From positions 1 through 57,072 of the IMG/VR virus record IMGVR_UViG_3300020401_000021: a DNA stretch of 57,072 nt. One strand, written 5' to 3'. Positions 17,740 through 27,104 of the stretch are shown piece after piece. Positions within the stretch are counted from its first letter, which is position 1. Every line of letters starts with the position of its first letter. Below the pieces are notes generated by a model. The model saw only the letters and a list, made by a program, of their open reading frames with translations, was not told the origin of the DNA and ran no database searches. Origin of the DNA: a virus. Its lineage: Duplodnaviria; Caudoviricetes. Position numbers and translations under genes: made by a program.

Positions 17740-19590
17740 TTATTCCTCTATGCCGTACACTCGCACGATAATGTTATCTTGATCTGTGGTCACTACAAGC
17801 TGCTCACCAGCAGATGCCATGATGCCTGTACGCTCTAAAATTTCATTTGAAGCTATCTGTGCCTTGTCAAACTTGTCTTGTTGAGGCAATTCAAAAAAAC
17901 GTTTTTCGCGCATGTAATCTTCGCCGTTAAAGAAAAGATCGTACTTACGATTTGCGTCACCGTTAGTTTCAGTCCAAACGGTTGTTGTTGCCAAGCAAGT
18001 CTGATCGTCATGTGGATCAGTTGTTGGTTCGTCAACGATTGATACAGCTTGACCCATGCCTGAGTGTGAATGGCAGTAGGTGTAGAGTGTGTCTGGTGCG
18101 TTTGATGGTACTGTCCATTCTATCACTCTTGCTTCACCGTTATAAGTTGCGTGGTTGCTGTTCCAATCTGCTACCGTTGTTGTAACTGATGTATAGTCAC
18201 TTGTAGATGATGGGTTACCCATTTGCCAAGTCATACCGTCTGTGTAAGCCGTACCACCGCCATGTGTACCGTCGGCAGTAGTTGAGAAGTTTAGTGGATG
18301 TCCGTTGTTACCAGTTAGTATTTGGTAAATACGATAGGTTCTACCTCGAACAAAAGTTAACTCTGCCACCGCCGTGTTAAATGTAGCTTCATGGAATTTA
18401 TTAGAACCACCAATTGATGCAACGTTCATGCCTACTGGAAACTTAGCGTAGTGTTTAGATTGTGTCCATGTTACCCCAAGGTCAGACGAACTATACTTCT
18501 GACCACCAGATACTACGAGTACAAGGTTTGTGCCTTCAGATCGAACATCTACAACCATAGAGTTTGTAACACCTGTCGGGAAGTCAAACACTGTGTAGCC
18601 CGTTGTTGGGAATGGTGAAGCTGTTGTGTAGTCTGCGTATGCTATCTTGCCGCCTGAGTAAGCAATGTAAAGTTTACCGTCTGTTGCGTCTGACGCTATC
18701 GCGGCTGCACCAATCATGTGACCGCTTACACCAGTTGGAGGCGACATAGAGTTAGATGTAAACTCAGCCTGTGCTTCTGGGGTATCGTCGTTAGATATAT
18801 AGTTAAAGCCTGTTGACGTTCCAACTATAAATCTTTCCTCGTTTGTCTTAACACCAGCAATCTTTGTAATTGCACCCAAGCCCCAAGTAAACGCAGTGTT
18901 GTAGGCGGCTGCATTTGCTCGCCAATCTGCGATTGTGTTTATAACAGAACCAGAGCTTCCTGGGACACCTTGAACGTATGCCATTGCAAATGGGCCATCT
19001 TGGTTGGTAGCCCAAAGAATGTTATCGTTTGCTGTCATACCGTAGCTGGTAGCAGACGTTGTTGCTGTCCCACTATCAGAAACATAGTTAGCGTGGGTAT
19101 ATACAGAACCGTCGTCTGGTGATCGAAGGTACATATCTGACCCATTATGAAACCAGATAGGATTACCTTTACGGTTACTGTTTTGCACAAAGTAATGGTA
19201 GTCTGTGCCACCTACGTTTGTAAGGGTGTTATAAGTAAAAATTTCTTTTGCAACAATTGGATCAGACGCAGTGTTTGCCGTAGCTGGCTCTACTGGCGTT
19301 GTCTTCATATCTGTAACAAGACTGTTAGAAACAGTCCCAATCAAATCCAGAGTATTCGATGTATCTGCTGCTGTATAAACCACTGACGCATTTGACGGTG
19401 TTGCATCGTAATTTACGAAGTCACCTGTCTGATATGTCTTGTTTGAAATATACAGATTTACGTTGGCTGCTACTGCGCCATCGTTTAAGACGTTTACGTT
19501 ATAAGTAGCCACTTTTGCAGAAGGTACAGTATATACAACTTCTGTGTCGCGGCTTCCGACTAATTTCTTTCCTAATAATCCGTTTGCCAT
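17740..19590 (-). CDS. Tail fibre/adsorption protein with inserted propeller and cupredoxin-like domain
   Basis: 616 aa; SSDLGVTW Asp-box; GHP...YCHSHSGMG. Confidence 0.7.
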   Translation of the reverse strand: MANGLLGKKLVGSRDTEVVYTVPSAKVATYNVNVLNDGAVAANVNLYISNKTYQTGDFVNYDATPSNASVVYTAADTSNTLDLIGTVSNSLVTDMKTTPVEPATANTASDPIVAKEIFTYNTLTNVGGTDYHYFVQNSNRKGNPIWFHNGSDMYLRSPDDGSVYTHANYVSDSGTATTSATSYGMTANDNILWATNQDGPFAMAYVQGVPGSSGSVINTIADWRANAAAYNTAFTWGLGAITKIAGVKTNEERFIVGTSTGFNYISNDDTPEAQAEFTSNSMSPPTGVSGHMIGAAAIASDATDGKLYIAYSGGKIAYADYTTASPFPTTGYTVFDFPTGVTNSMVVDVRSEGTNLVLVVSGGQKYSSSDLGVTWTQSKHYAKFPVGMNVASIGGSNKFHEATFNTAVAELTFVRGRTYRIYQILTGNNGHPLNFSTTADGTHGGGTAYTDGMTWQMGNPSSTSDYTSVTTTVADWNSNHATYNGEARVIEWTVPSNAPDTLYTYCHSHSGMGQAVSIVDEPTTDPHDDQTCLATTTVWTETNGDANRKYDLFFNGEDYMREKRFFELPQQDKFDKAQIASNEILERTGIMASAGEQLVVTTDQDNIIVRVYGIEE

Positions 19591-19599
19591 AATATCCTC

Positions 19600-19968
19600 T
19601 TAACTTTGTGATAGGAAAAAGACTTTGGACGGAGACATCTGAAAGGCGTTTAAGGCCGATGTGATGCTTGTCTGAAGTCCACCGAGAGCCGCTTGCTCTG
19701 TTGCACTAGCTGCTTGGACAGCAGCGATTTGGGCTGAACCTTCTGTCTGAAGCTCGCTGACTTCAGTATTACCTTGGGCAACAACAGCGTTAATCTGTGT
19801 TGTACCTTCGGCACTAACGGAACTAAGGTTCGCGTTACCGTTAAAAATTTCTATCATTCTGGCCAAGTAAACCAAATCAGCGTTTGGTGTGTTACTTGTT
19901 AACCCGTTAAGACGTGTACCAAGCTCTGTTGCTAACGCCTGTTGATCTGCTACGCTTATATTAGGCAC
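19600..19968 (-). CDS. Tail fibre-associated coiled-coil protein
   Basis: 122 aa, Ala/Gln heptads. Confidence 0.6.
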   Translation of the reverse strand: MPNISVADQQALATELGTRLNGLTSNTPNADLVYLARMIEIFNGNANLSSVSAEGTTQINAVVAQGNTEVSELQTEGSAQIAAVQAASATEQAALGGLQTSITSALNAFQMSPSKVFFLSQS

Positions 19969-20500
19969 TTAATGTACTCCCATCGAATAAACTACCGTGT
20001 AACTGCGCAAGTAAAATGCCTTCAGCAATCACAGTAGGCGTTGTTTGAAATGCTTGAGCAGCAAATGTACCAGCTTGTGTCGCGGATGCTGCGGCTTGTT
20101 GCTCACTAGAAAGAGCGTTTTGCTCTGACGTTGCAGCGTTTGTTGCAGATGTTGCTGCGTTGTCTTCTGATGCAGCAGCCGCAACACGCTTAACTTCCAT
20201 TTCAGCAAGAGCGTTTGCTTTTGCTGTGGCTATATCTGTAAATAGTTGGGTAAAAGATGCAATTTCGTTTGCAGTACCGCCACCAATAGACAGCTTAATT
20301 GTCTGTCCGTTGCTGTCGTTAGAGTATGTAAACTGAAATGCGTCAATCTCACCCGTAGTAGAGTTAAATAGTTTGGCCATAAGTTGATCTAGGCGCTGCC
20401 CAGCAATTTCAGCGTCTTCCAAGTATGTATCTAGCAGATGTGTTCCAGTATTCGCAGAGCGAAACTGTAGCTGCTCGGAAGGTACTTTAGTTAAAGCCAT
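19961..20500 (-). CDS. Tail fibre-associated protein with Ala-rich stalk repeats
   Basis: 179 aa; NAATSA/NAATSE repeats. Confidence 0.65.
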   Translation of the reverse strand: MALTKVPSEQLQFRSANTGTHLLDTYLEDAEIAGQRLDQLMAKLFNSTTGEIDAFQFTYSNDSNGQTIKLSIGGGTANEIASFTQLFTDIATAKANALAEMEVKRVAAAASEDNAATSATNAATSEQNALSSEQQAAASATQAGTFAAQAFQTTPTVIAEGILLAQLHGSLFDGSTLSA

Positions 20501-20760
20501 TACTCTTCATCTCCTAATAATTGGGCAATCCGTTCTACCCGACCTTTGGAAAGCTTAATTATCTCATGCACTGTAGTTACTCTTGCACTTAAAGTATCGC
20601 AGCGTTGTTGATCTGCTTCCCTTACTGCCGATATTGCAGCAGAAAGTTGCTCTAAGTCGTCCCTAATTGGCAAAAATTCTTCACGTAGCTTTGCGTCAAG
20701 GTAATCACGCACTTTCGGGTCGATGGCGCTGGCCAAGTTTTTTGAGTTAGTTAAAGTCAT
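20500..20760 (-). CDS. Coiled-coil hypothetical protein
   Basis: Likely start MTLTNSK at 20760 (ATGA overlap). Confidence 0.6.
   Translation of the reverse strand: MTLTNSKNLASAIDPKVRDYLDAKLREEFLPIRDDLEQLSAAISAVREADQQRCDTLSARVTTVHEIIKLSKGRVERIAQLLGDEE
20656..20665 (-). promoter_or_regulatory. TAGGGACGAC late promoter-like motif
   Basis: ~156 nt upstream of the tail fibre block start at 20500. Confidence 0.5.
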
Positions 20761-20963
20761 TTCTTCTTTCCCTTTTTCCAAGACACCCGTTTGGCACTTG
20801 TCTTTTTCTTAGCAGCACTGTTGCATTGCGCCTTTGTGGGTCGGCAAGCTGGATAAGGACGTTTGCTTTTTGTCCTACTCTTTCGTCCACAAGGCTTTCC
20901 AGTTTTGCAGTCGATCCAGCCCTTGCCGTTGTTTTTAGAAAACCACTCACGCAATCCACTCAT
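20757..20963 (-). CDS. Basic Cys-containing small protein
   Basis: GLREWF..WIDCKTGKPCGR..RPYPACRP. Confidence 0.7.
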   Translation of the reverse strand: MSGLREWFSKNNGKGWIDCKTGKPCGRKSRTKSKRPYPACRPTKAQCNSAAKKKTSAKRVSWKKGKKK

Positions 20964-21079
20964 TTTTTCTTTTTTGCTTTCTTCTTTTTAGCGGCTGCAA
21001 TAACATCACCACGAGTGATTTTGTTTTTGTTGCCGTACTGCCCTGCAAGTTTCTTTTGCGCTGGTGTCATCCGTTTCAT
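20960..21079 (-). CDS. 39-aa Lys-rich peptide
   Basis: MKRMTPAQKKLAGQYGNKNKITRGDVIAAAKKKKAKKKK; overlapping start/stop on both sides. Confidence 0.65.
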   Translation of the reverse strand: MKRMTPAQKKLAGQYGNKNKITRGDVIAAAKKKKAKKKK

Positions 21080-21261
21080 TTTTTCTTTCCTTTGCTTTTA
21101 TTACCCCAATTTTTAGCGCCAACCTTCCTACAACGTGTTAAGGCCCCTGACCCATAAGCTGAAGGCCACGTTCCACCATTTCTAGTGTAACGGGCTTTAA
21201 CTTTGTGGTAACAAGCGTCTTTCTTCGCTGTTTTCTTTTTGGCAGCTTTCTTCTTGGGCAT
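21076..21261 (-). CDS. Basic small protein
   Basis: KKDACYHKVKARY..WPSAYGSGAL..CRKVGAKNWG. Confidence 0.7.
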   Translation of the reverse strand: MPKKKAAKKKTAKKDACYHKVKARYTRNGGTWPSAYGSGALTRCRKVGAKNWGNKSKGKKK

Positions 21262-21262
21262 A

Positions 21263-21358
21263 TTACTTTCCTTGTGTGCAGGGGCAGTCTTTATGCTGCA
21301 TATTCCCTGTTTGGGTTTTTGCGCCTATCTTTTTGACTTCTTTAGATGTCTTAGCCAT
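21263..21358 (-). CDS. 31-aa basic peptide
   Basis: MAKTSKEVKKIGAKTQTGNMQHKDCPCTQGK; TGATG coupling. Confidence 0.55.
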   Translation of the reverse strand: MAKTSKEVKKIGAKTQTGNMQHKDCPCTQGK

Positions 21359-21477
21359 CAGTAAGACTTCTTCTTCTTTGCTTTTTTGACAGGCATATTC
21401 TTTTTAGCTGCTGCTTTTTTCGCGGCTGCTTTGCCAGCTTTAGTGTACGGGTATGTTTTGTTTCCAACTCTTGGCAT
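21358..21477 (-). CDS. 39-aa Lys/Ala-rich peptide
   Basis: MPRVGNKTYPYTKAGKAAAKKAAAKKNMPVKKAKKKKSY; GAGGAG RBS. Confidence 0.7.
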   Translation of the reverse strand: MPRVGNKTYPYTKAGKAAAKKAAAKKNMPVKKAKKKKSY

Positions 21478-21478
21478 T

Positions 21479-21751
21479 TTACTTCTCCTCTGGTGGTGGT
21501 TTATTTCCAAACAGACGTTGGTACGTCATGTCGTTGCTGTATGCCTCTGCCCATTTATTTTCGGTATAAGTAGCAAAGGTTATTAAATCTGCGGTGTCAT
21601 TCCAAAGCGTATCAACGTCTTGGTTGAGCTTGGCTATCTGGTCTTCAAGGTGTCCGATCTTGTGGGCTTGTTCGCTTATCCACCAAACACCACCCACTAG
21701 CTGAACAGCCATTGCGAGAACGAGAGCTAAAGGTACTTTAAGATCGCCCAT
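21479..21751 (-). CDS. Membrane-anchored coiled-coil protein
   Basis: N-terminal TM segment LALVLAMAVQLVGGVWWI; TAATG coupling suggests a start at 21751. Confidence 0.65.
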   Translation of the reverse strand: MGDLKVPLALVLAMAVQLVGGVWWISEQAHKIGHLEDQIAKLNQDVDTLWNDTADLITFATYTENKWAEAYSNDMTYQRLFGNKPPPEEK

Positions 21752-22023
21752 TAGCAGTCCCACGCTCTTCTTGACCAGTAGTTAGCTGATAACTTGTTGC
21801 TCTTTCCTTTGATGCCACCCGATCTAGCACAGTAAGATTTCTTACGGGATGGCGTACCTTTTTTGATGCTCATATTAGCATCCCCGAAACGAATTATTTT
21901 TTCCTTACCGTTAGCGCATGCTTTTACAACAAACTTCTTCTTGCCCTTAACTTCACGTTTGGGCTTATTGCATGGCATACTTGCCTTTTTGCTTTTACTC
22001 TTAGGCTTTGCTTTAGCTGGCAT
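21751..22023 (-). CDS. Basic small protein
   Basis: KKFVVKAC..KIIRFGD..RKKSYCAR..SANYWS. Confidence 0.75.
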   Translation of the reverse strand: MPAKAKPKSKSKKASMPCNKPKREVKGKKKFVVKACANGKEKIIRFGDANMSIKKGTPSRKKSYCARSGGIKGKSNKLSANYWSRRAWDC

Positions 22024-23932
22024 TTGATTTCCTCATGGGTATTAAGTTGCCCTTTTGGACTTCGTTATCTATCTGGCCTTGTGGCTTGACGCTTGCGCCT
22101 CTAGCTTTTTCCATCATGGCCATTTGTTGTGATGGTGTTAATCCTTCCGCACGTTGTTCTTCGCTAATCTTAAATTGATCTAAGTCAGATACACCCATTG
22201 CTCTGATGGCTTCCTCTGCAATCTTGCCTTGACTGTACTCCATATTTAACCCCGTATTGTTCATAATCTGAAGCATGTTCATCCACGTCTCAGCATTACG
22301 TGTGGGTTCTAATGGCAACGTTCCATCTGTTACTAAGTAATCTATCTCACCCTGTATGTCGGATATGTCGAAATCAATGTAGCCATCGTCAACCATATTG
22401 CGGAGTGCGCCAGCGTTGTCGCTTTCACCAATACGAATAGCACCCTTACTGCCAAAGAAGTCTTGGATATTAGATACCATCATTCGTACCATTGGTCGAA
22501 CAGAGGTTGCAGATATAACTCTAGCAAGAACGCCAAGACGCTGACTGCCTAGCTGGGTAAGGCGCTGGATTTCCGTTGCCGTCCTAACGCCACCTTCTGC
22601 CGTTGGGACACCTTGCTGAGCGTCAGATGCAGCACTTACACGTTGTTTCAACGCGCTCATGGCTTCGATGTCATTCCAATGTCCCTTGGTAACGTCAGGG
22701 ACTTGTGCAATAAACACTCCCTTTCCTGGCTCATTACCAGGCAATGTACGGACTAGGCCGTGTGGATTGCGGTCAATTAAATCCTGTATTGCAACTTGCG
22801 TTGGATCAACGAAGATAAGGTTCGATAATGCAGCCTGTACGTTGTCGATGCGTGAACGAAGTAGCCAAGTTGCAATGTCATGTAACGGTAGAAGTAAGTC
22901 GTATAGTGACTGACCGTAAGTTTTGTGAGCGTCTTGATATAAGCCGCCTATCGCTACAGGGAACTGACGTCCGTATGGATTAAGCTGACAACGTATGATT
23001 ACGTTTTCATCCAGTACGGTGCATAGCATCCATAGCTGATCTATCTGTGGTAAGTTAACCTCATATCCAGAAAGCCGTACCCATACTTCGTCTACTACTC
23101 GGCTGTCTCCAAGAGTGAAATAAGTGCCGCCACTTTCTCTTCTATTTCGCTCAGAGGGGTCGATTGACAATCCTCTTCCAGCTTCTTTTGACCATTGGTG
23201 ACCTTCCCATCCACCTGATGGGGGAGTGATACGATTTCGCAAAGCAGGGAACTGTTCGAGCTTGGGGTATAAGCCTGTCTGCCGAAGCGCGTCGTAGGAA
23301 CAGTAGTCGGAAAATATAATATATTGCATCCGCTCCCAATCGCCCCACTGGACACGGGGGTCGTGGAAAACGCGGCGCGGATCGTAGTTTTGGATTTCAT
23401 TGGTTCTCGCCTCGCTATTCCAAGTGATCTTAGTAGGGGCATAACCATACCTAATTGCGTCAAGAAGGTGTTGCGCTATTCTAGCTTCCCCTGCGGTTCT
23501 GCGCATTTGTTGATGAAGTAAACGTTCTATAATCTGTGACGACTTGCGGCTTTCTCTATTTAGACCCTCAAGTTGAAACATTGGGTTTCGACCAGTAAGT
23601 GCAGCCATAAGATAAGTAAGCACTGTGTCACTGATTGCGCGAGTGTCGGCTATAACTGCCTTCTCTCTAAATGCTGTTGTATCTGGCCTTACATAGACAT
23701 CATGTGCGCGATCCGCTTGTTTCCAATGCTCATGGCGACGTGAGATCTTATCGTAAGACATTAACATTGCTGACTTGACATAATCGACAAGTCGGCTCTC
23801 TTGCGCTTGAGTTAGATCAGACGCGATGTCTTCATACTGCATAAACTTGTTCGCGTGTTCCGACAAGTCTACAACAATTCCATCGCCTTCTGTGGCAAAC
23901 TCAGTGCGGTAATTCGTAGTAACTACTGACAT
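22013..23932 (-). CDS. Portal protein
   Basis: 639 aa after the terminase; DAIRYG, YGQS, RTATE motifs. Confidence 0.85.
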   Translation of the reverse strand: MSVVTTNYRTEFATEGDGIVVDLSEHANKFMQYEDIASDLTQAQESRLVDYVKSAMLMSYDKISRRHEHWKQADRAHDVYVRPDTTAFREKAVIADTRAISDTVLTYLMAALTGRNPMFQLEGLNRESRKSSQIIERLLHQQMRRTAGEARIAQHLLDAIRYGYAPTKITWNSEARTNEIQNYDPRRVFHDPRVQWGDWERMQYIIFSDYCSYDALRQTGLYPKLEQFPALRNRITPPSGGWEGHQWSKEAGRGLSIDPSERNRRESGGTYFTLGDSRVVDEVWVRLSGYEVNLPQIDQLWMLCTVLDENVIIRCQLNPYGRQFPVAIGGLYQDAHKTYGQSLYDLLLPLHDIATWLLRSRIDNVQAALSNLIFVDPTQVAIQDLIDRNPHGLVRTLPGNEPGKGVFIAQVPDVTKGHWNDIEAMSALKQRVSAASDAQQGVPTAEGGVRTATEIQRLTQLGSQRLGVLARVISATSVRPMVRMMVSNIQDFFGSKGAIRIGESDNAGALRNMVDDGYIDFDISDIQGEIDYLVTDGTLPLEPTRNAETWMNMLQIMNNTGLNMEYSQGKIAEEAIRAMGVSDLDQFKISEEQRAEGLTPSQQMAMMEKARGASVKPQGQIDNEVQKGNLIPMRKSNAS

Positions 23933-23962
23933 AAATCCATTTAGGACACATTCTATAAGTTA

Positions 23963-23972
23963 GTCGTCCCTA
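23963..23972 (-). promoter_or_regulatory. TAGGGACGAC late promoter-like motif
   Basis: Overlaps the terminase TAG, ~30 nt before the portal start. Confidence 0.6.
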
Positions 23973-25616
23973 TTCACCCCAACCTGACCAAGTAGATCCT
24001 TGGTTTAATTCAGACTTCATATCCCAAAACGTTTCCTTGTGTCGATCAAAGGTCGGCGGTCTGTAATAGTCACCCCCTGCTGGCGTACGAGCAAGCACAT
24101 CTAACGCTATAGCAAGAGCGTCTACTTGATCGTCAAATGTACCAGATGGAAAGCTTTGACACTCTTCGTGAAACTGATCTATCCATGATGCACTCTCAGG
24201 TATTAAAACTCTACCTCCTTCAATCAGAGGAAGCACAGCATTTAGTCTTGCGACTTTATCAGTGTTTATCTTGTACGGAATTACAGAAACACCGCTCTCT
24301 CTTTGAAGCTCTTGAATTAAACTTTGTCCTGATGCTTTGTCTTCAATATAAATACCACGCAAGCCACGGCCACGCCATTGATTGTTAAGCTGGATCATTC
24401 GACGTTTTAGTTCTGGAAACTCGTATCTATCCCTAATTAAGTCAACAAGATAAATGTCACCAGTTGCATCAAGACCAGCAACAATCATTACAGAGTAATC
24501 AGAGTTATCACTTTTCTTAAATGCTGTGTCGGCTGCAATGATTAGCGACGTAAACTTTTCTGGCTTTAGATCGTCAGGGTAATGACGCCACCAATTCATC
24601 TTAATAAGATTACCGCCTTCAATGTATGGAGTTTGTTGGTACAGTGAGGCAAACTCTCTAGGGTTTAACCTTTGGCGACGGTGCAAGTCTTCCAAGTTAA
24701 ACCGTTCTGGCCACAGCGCTTCTTCCTTAGTCCCTTTAACCAAACGTTTAGAGTTTGAAAGTTTATTATTTTCTGCCGTTGGCAAGTAACGAGGATCATC
24801 TTCTGGTAATTGATTGCGCATTATTGATAGACCAGTTTCAACTTCTGAAATCGCTGGGTAGTTGATGTGCAGCCAACGGCCTTCCTTCCAATCGTCTGTT
24901 TCCATCAGGCGACCAGCCAAGTCGTCAGGATGCCAGCGTGTTAATATTATAATTTGCGCTGGGGGTATGTTATCAATGTCAGGCTGTAGACGTGTAGTCA
25001 GTGCAGATGTGTAATAATTCCAAACCTTGTTGCGCTGGGTTGCGCTTTCGGCTTCTTCCCTAGACTTGAGGGGATCATCGAACAGGAGTAAGTTAGCGGC
25101 TCGCCCTGATGTAGTACCGCCAACGCCAATGAAGTAGCTTGCGCCACCGACTGTGGTACGCCACGCCTCAACTGAACGGCTGTCTTGCGCCATTTTGAAA
25201 TCGGGAAAGGCTTGTTCATTTAATTGATCGTTAACAATAGTGCGAACTTGACGCCCAAAGTCTGTGGCAAGCTGGGTGTTATAAGATGTCACCATCATAA
25301 AGCGGCTAGGCTTTCGGGACATAAAGTATGCAGGGAAATACACAGACCCATAAGTGGATTTGCCGTGACGTGGTGGCATTGTTATCAAAATATTCCGAAT
25401 AGGCTGCTCTTCTGGAAGATTGCCAAACCTTTTGTCTTTACCGTACAGATTTGTTAGCTCATTCTTCTCTAATAAGTCTAATGCACCAATAAGATGCTTG
25501 TGAAATTCTGGTAGCTTCCACGTTGGATGCAAAAGTTTTACAAAACCTTCAAAGCTTTCTTCTGCTCGGCGTAAATGTAGTAAGTATTTTGCGGCTTCTT
25601 GTTGGTTAATTGTCAT
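23970..25616 (-). CDS. terL: Terminase large subunit
   Basis: Walker A MPPRHGKS, Walker B LLLFDDP, TRWH.DD, RNase H-like ADTA and DDQVDA. Confidence 0.95.
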   Translation of the reverse strand: MTINQQEAAKYLLHLRRAEESFEGFVKLLHPTWKLPEFHKHLIGALDLLEKNELTNLYGKDKRFGNLPEEQPIRNILITMPPRHGKSTYGSVYFPAYFMSRKPSRFMMVTSYNTQLATDFGRQVRTIVNDQLNEQAFPDFKMAQDSRSVEAWRTTVGGASYFIGVGGTTSGRAANLLLFDDPLKSREEAESATQRNKVWNYYTSALTTRLQPDIDNIPPAQIIILTRWHPDDLAGRLMETDDWKEGRWLHINYPAISEVETGLSIMRNQLPEDDPRYLPTAENNKLSNSKRLVKGTKEEALWPERFNLEDLHRRQRLNPREFASLYQQTPYIEGGNLIKMNWWRHYPDDLKPEKFTSLIIAADTAFKKSDNSDYSVMIVAGLDATGDIYLVDLIRDRYEFPELKRRMIQLNNQWRGRGLRGIYIEDKASGQSLIQELQRESGVSVIPYKINTDKVARLNAVLPLIEGGRVLIPESASWIDQFHEECQSFPSGTFDDQVDALAIALDVLARTPAGGDYYRPPTFDRHKETFWDMKSELNQGSTWSGWGE

Positions 25617-25950
25617 TTTCTGTCTCTATCTCTACGTCTATTATCTGATTAACGCCAGCAGCTATCTGTTCTAGCTCAGATCGGCTTAGCTCGTTGACGT
25701 TTTCTGTTAATCTGTGTTCGTGATGTTGGAATTGGGCAGTAAGATCAGGCATTACCTTACCCAAAAGTGTAGCAAACACACGGGCTTGGGTAGGCGTCCA
25801 AGCAATATCGCCCATAACTGCCTTGTGTGCGTCTTCGACTTGAACATTTACCTTCTCAAACACTTTCGCTCGTAGTCGGGCGACCTGTGAAGGGTTTAAA
25901 ACTGTGGGGTCTTTTACTGCATCTTTTTTATAAGCCATGTTTTTTCTCAC
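25606..25950 (-). CDS. Terminase small subunit (putative)
   Basis: Helical 114 aa directly upstream of terL; LLGKVMPDL motif. Confidence 0.7.
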   Translation of the reverse strand: MRKNMAYKKDAVKDPTVLNPSQVARLRAKVFEKVNVQVEDAHKAVMGDIAWTPTQARVFATLLGKVMPDLTAQFQHHEHRLTENVNELSRSELEQIAAGVNQIIDVEIETENDN

Positions 25951-26013
25951 ATTTTCATTTTTTTTGTCGGTGCGCGGATAGGGTAGAGAGGTGGCAATGC
26001 AAAAAGTGACCTC

Positions 26014-26048
26014 GGGGATAGGGGGTTAGCCCCCCTATCCCCTTTTTT
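26014..26048. other. Perfect 12-bp hairpin with T-run in the divergent intergenic region
   Basis: GGGGATAGGGGG-TTAGC-CCCCCTATCCCC then TTTTTT. Confidence 0.8.
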
Positions 26049-26300
26049 GGCCAAGTAATTGGCCAACTCTGCAAAAAAGTGTTTTTTATCAACAACCTAA
26101 ACTCCCCTTGACAGGGATTAAACCCTCTACTAACCTACTGAAACGTTTATGTTTTATCCTTACGCGCGGCAAATTACTACTATTATAACTATATCAGTAA
26201 GTTAGTAAACCGCGCGGCTTCCCTAAAGGGAAAAGGGATCATTTGTCGTCGGAAAATGATTTCCAAAACGAAACTCAAAGACAAGTGAAAGGGGATAGTT

Positions 26301-26777
26301 ATGTCCTATAGAAACATTAAGATCAACGAAGTAAACGACGTAGTCGCAGCAACACCAGAGGCTTTGCCTCAGATCATCACCGCTCTGAAGGAGCGGCTCC
26401 AAGCTAACGAGGCGAAGGGTGGCCTAAAGGCCAAGGCGAAGAACGCTACGCTTCGCAGAGCATTGGCCGAACTCAACGCCAACGGCGTTCTTGCAGTCGA
26501 CCCGAAGGGTCGCTTGGATGGCAGCGGTCTTCCGAAGATGGCTTGCTGGTTCAACCCAGCGAAGCTGGCCGAGGAGATGGCAGCTACCGCTGCTCCAACG
26601 CCACCGAAGGTCGAAGTTGCCGAAGCAGCCTTCGCCACCGAAGCTTCGTCCCAAGCAAAGCTTCTCCAAGCCCAACTCGAGCTTAGAAAGCTCGACCTAG
26701 CAGGGAAAACCTCGAAGAAGGCGAAGGCAGAGCTTGAAAAGCTTGCCGACATCGAAGCGCTTATATCTTCGATATAA
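26301..26777 (+). CDS. First early gene, Ala/Lys-rich hypothetical
   Basis: 158 aa; GGGGA RBS; followed by a terminator. Confidence 0.75.
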   Translation: MSYRNIKINEVNDVVAATPEALPQIITALKERLQANEAKGGLKAKAKNATLRRALAELNANGVLAVDPKGRLDGSGLPKMACWFNPAKLAEEMAATAAPTPPKVEVAEAAFATEASSQAKLLQAQLELRKLDLAGKTSKKAKAELEKLADIEALISSI

Positions 26778-26801
26778 CCCCAACAACCTCCCAACGTTAA
26801 G

Positions 26802-26832
26802 CCGCTGCCCTTCGGGGTGGCGGTTTTTTTTT
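26802..26832 (+). terminator. Rho-independent terminator
   Basis: CCGCTGCCC-TTCG-GGGTGGCGG then T9. Confidence 0.9.
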
Positions 26833-26912
26833 GGCTTCTCCGAGCGGCTTTTGGCCGTTCCGACGAGCCAATTCGGTTCGACAACCCAGAGCAACCAGAA
26901 AAGGAGACAACC

Positions 26913-27104
26913 ATGTCATATCGCTCTTTCGTCAAAGCATTGGAAACATACCAGTGCAACAACCAGAAGTTCATGCCTCACATCACCGACGAGCAGATTG
27001 CCAACGTGTTCAAGCCAGAGGATCAGCTATCGAAGGAAGATTTACGCCTTCAAAACGACCTCTTTGGATTGCCACCAGAGGCCATCCTCAATCGTGGTCA
27101 GTAA
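26913..27104 (+). CDS. Early hypothetical protein
   Basis: AAGGAG RBS; MSYRSFVK start. Confidence 0.7.
   Translation: MSYRSFVKALETYQCNNQKFMPHITDEQIANVFKPEDQLSKEDLRLQNDLFGLPPEAILNRGQ

Noticed and set aside
26369-26974. 201-aa minus-strand ORF and the many other antisense or alternate-frame ORFs in the track
   Set aside because: Shadows of better-supported genes with RBS and operon coupling; this one also crosses a terminator
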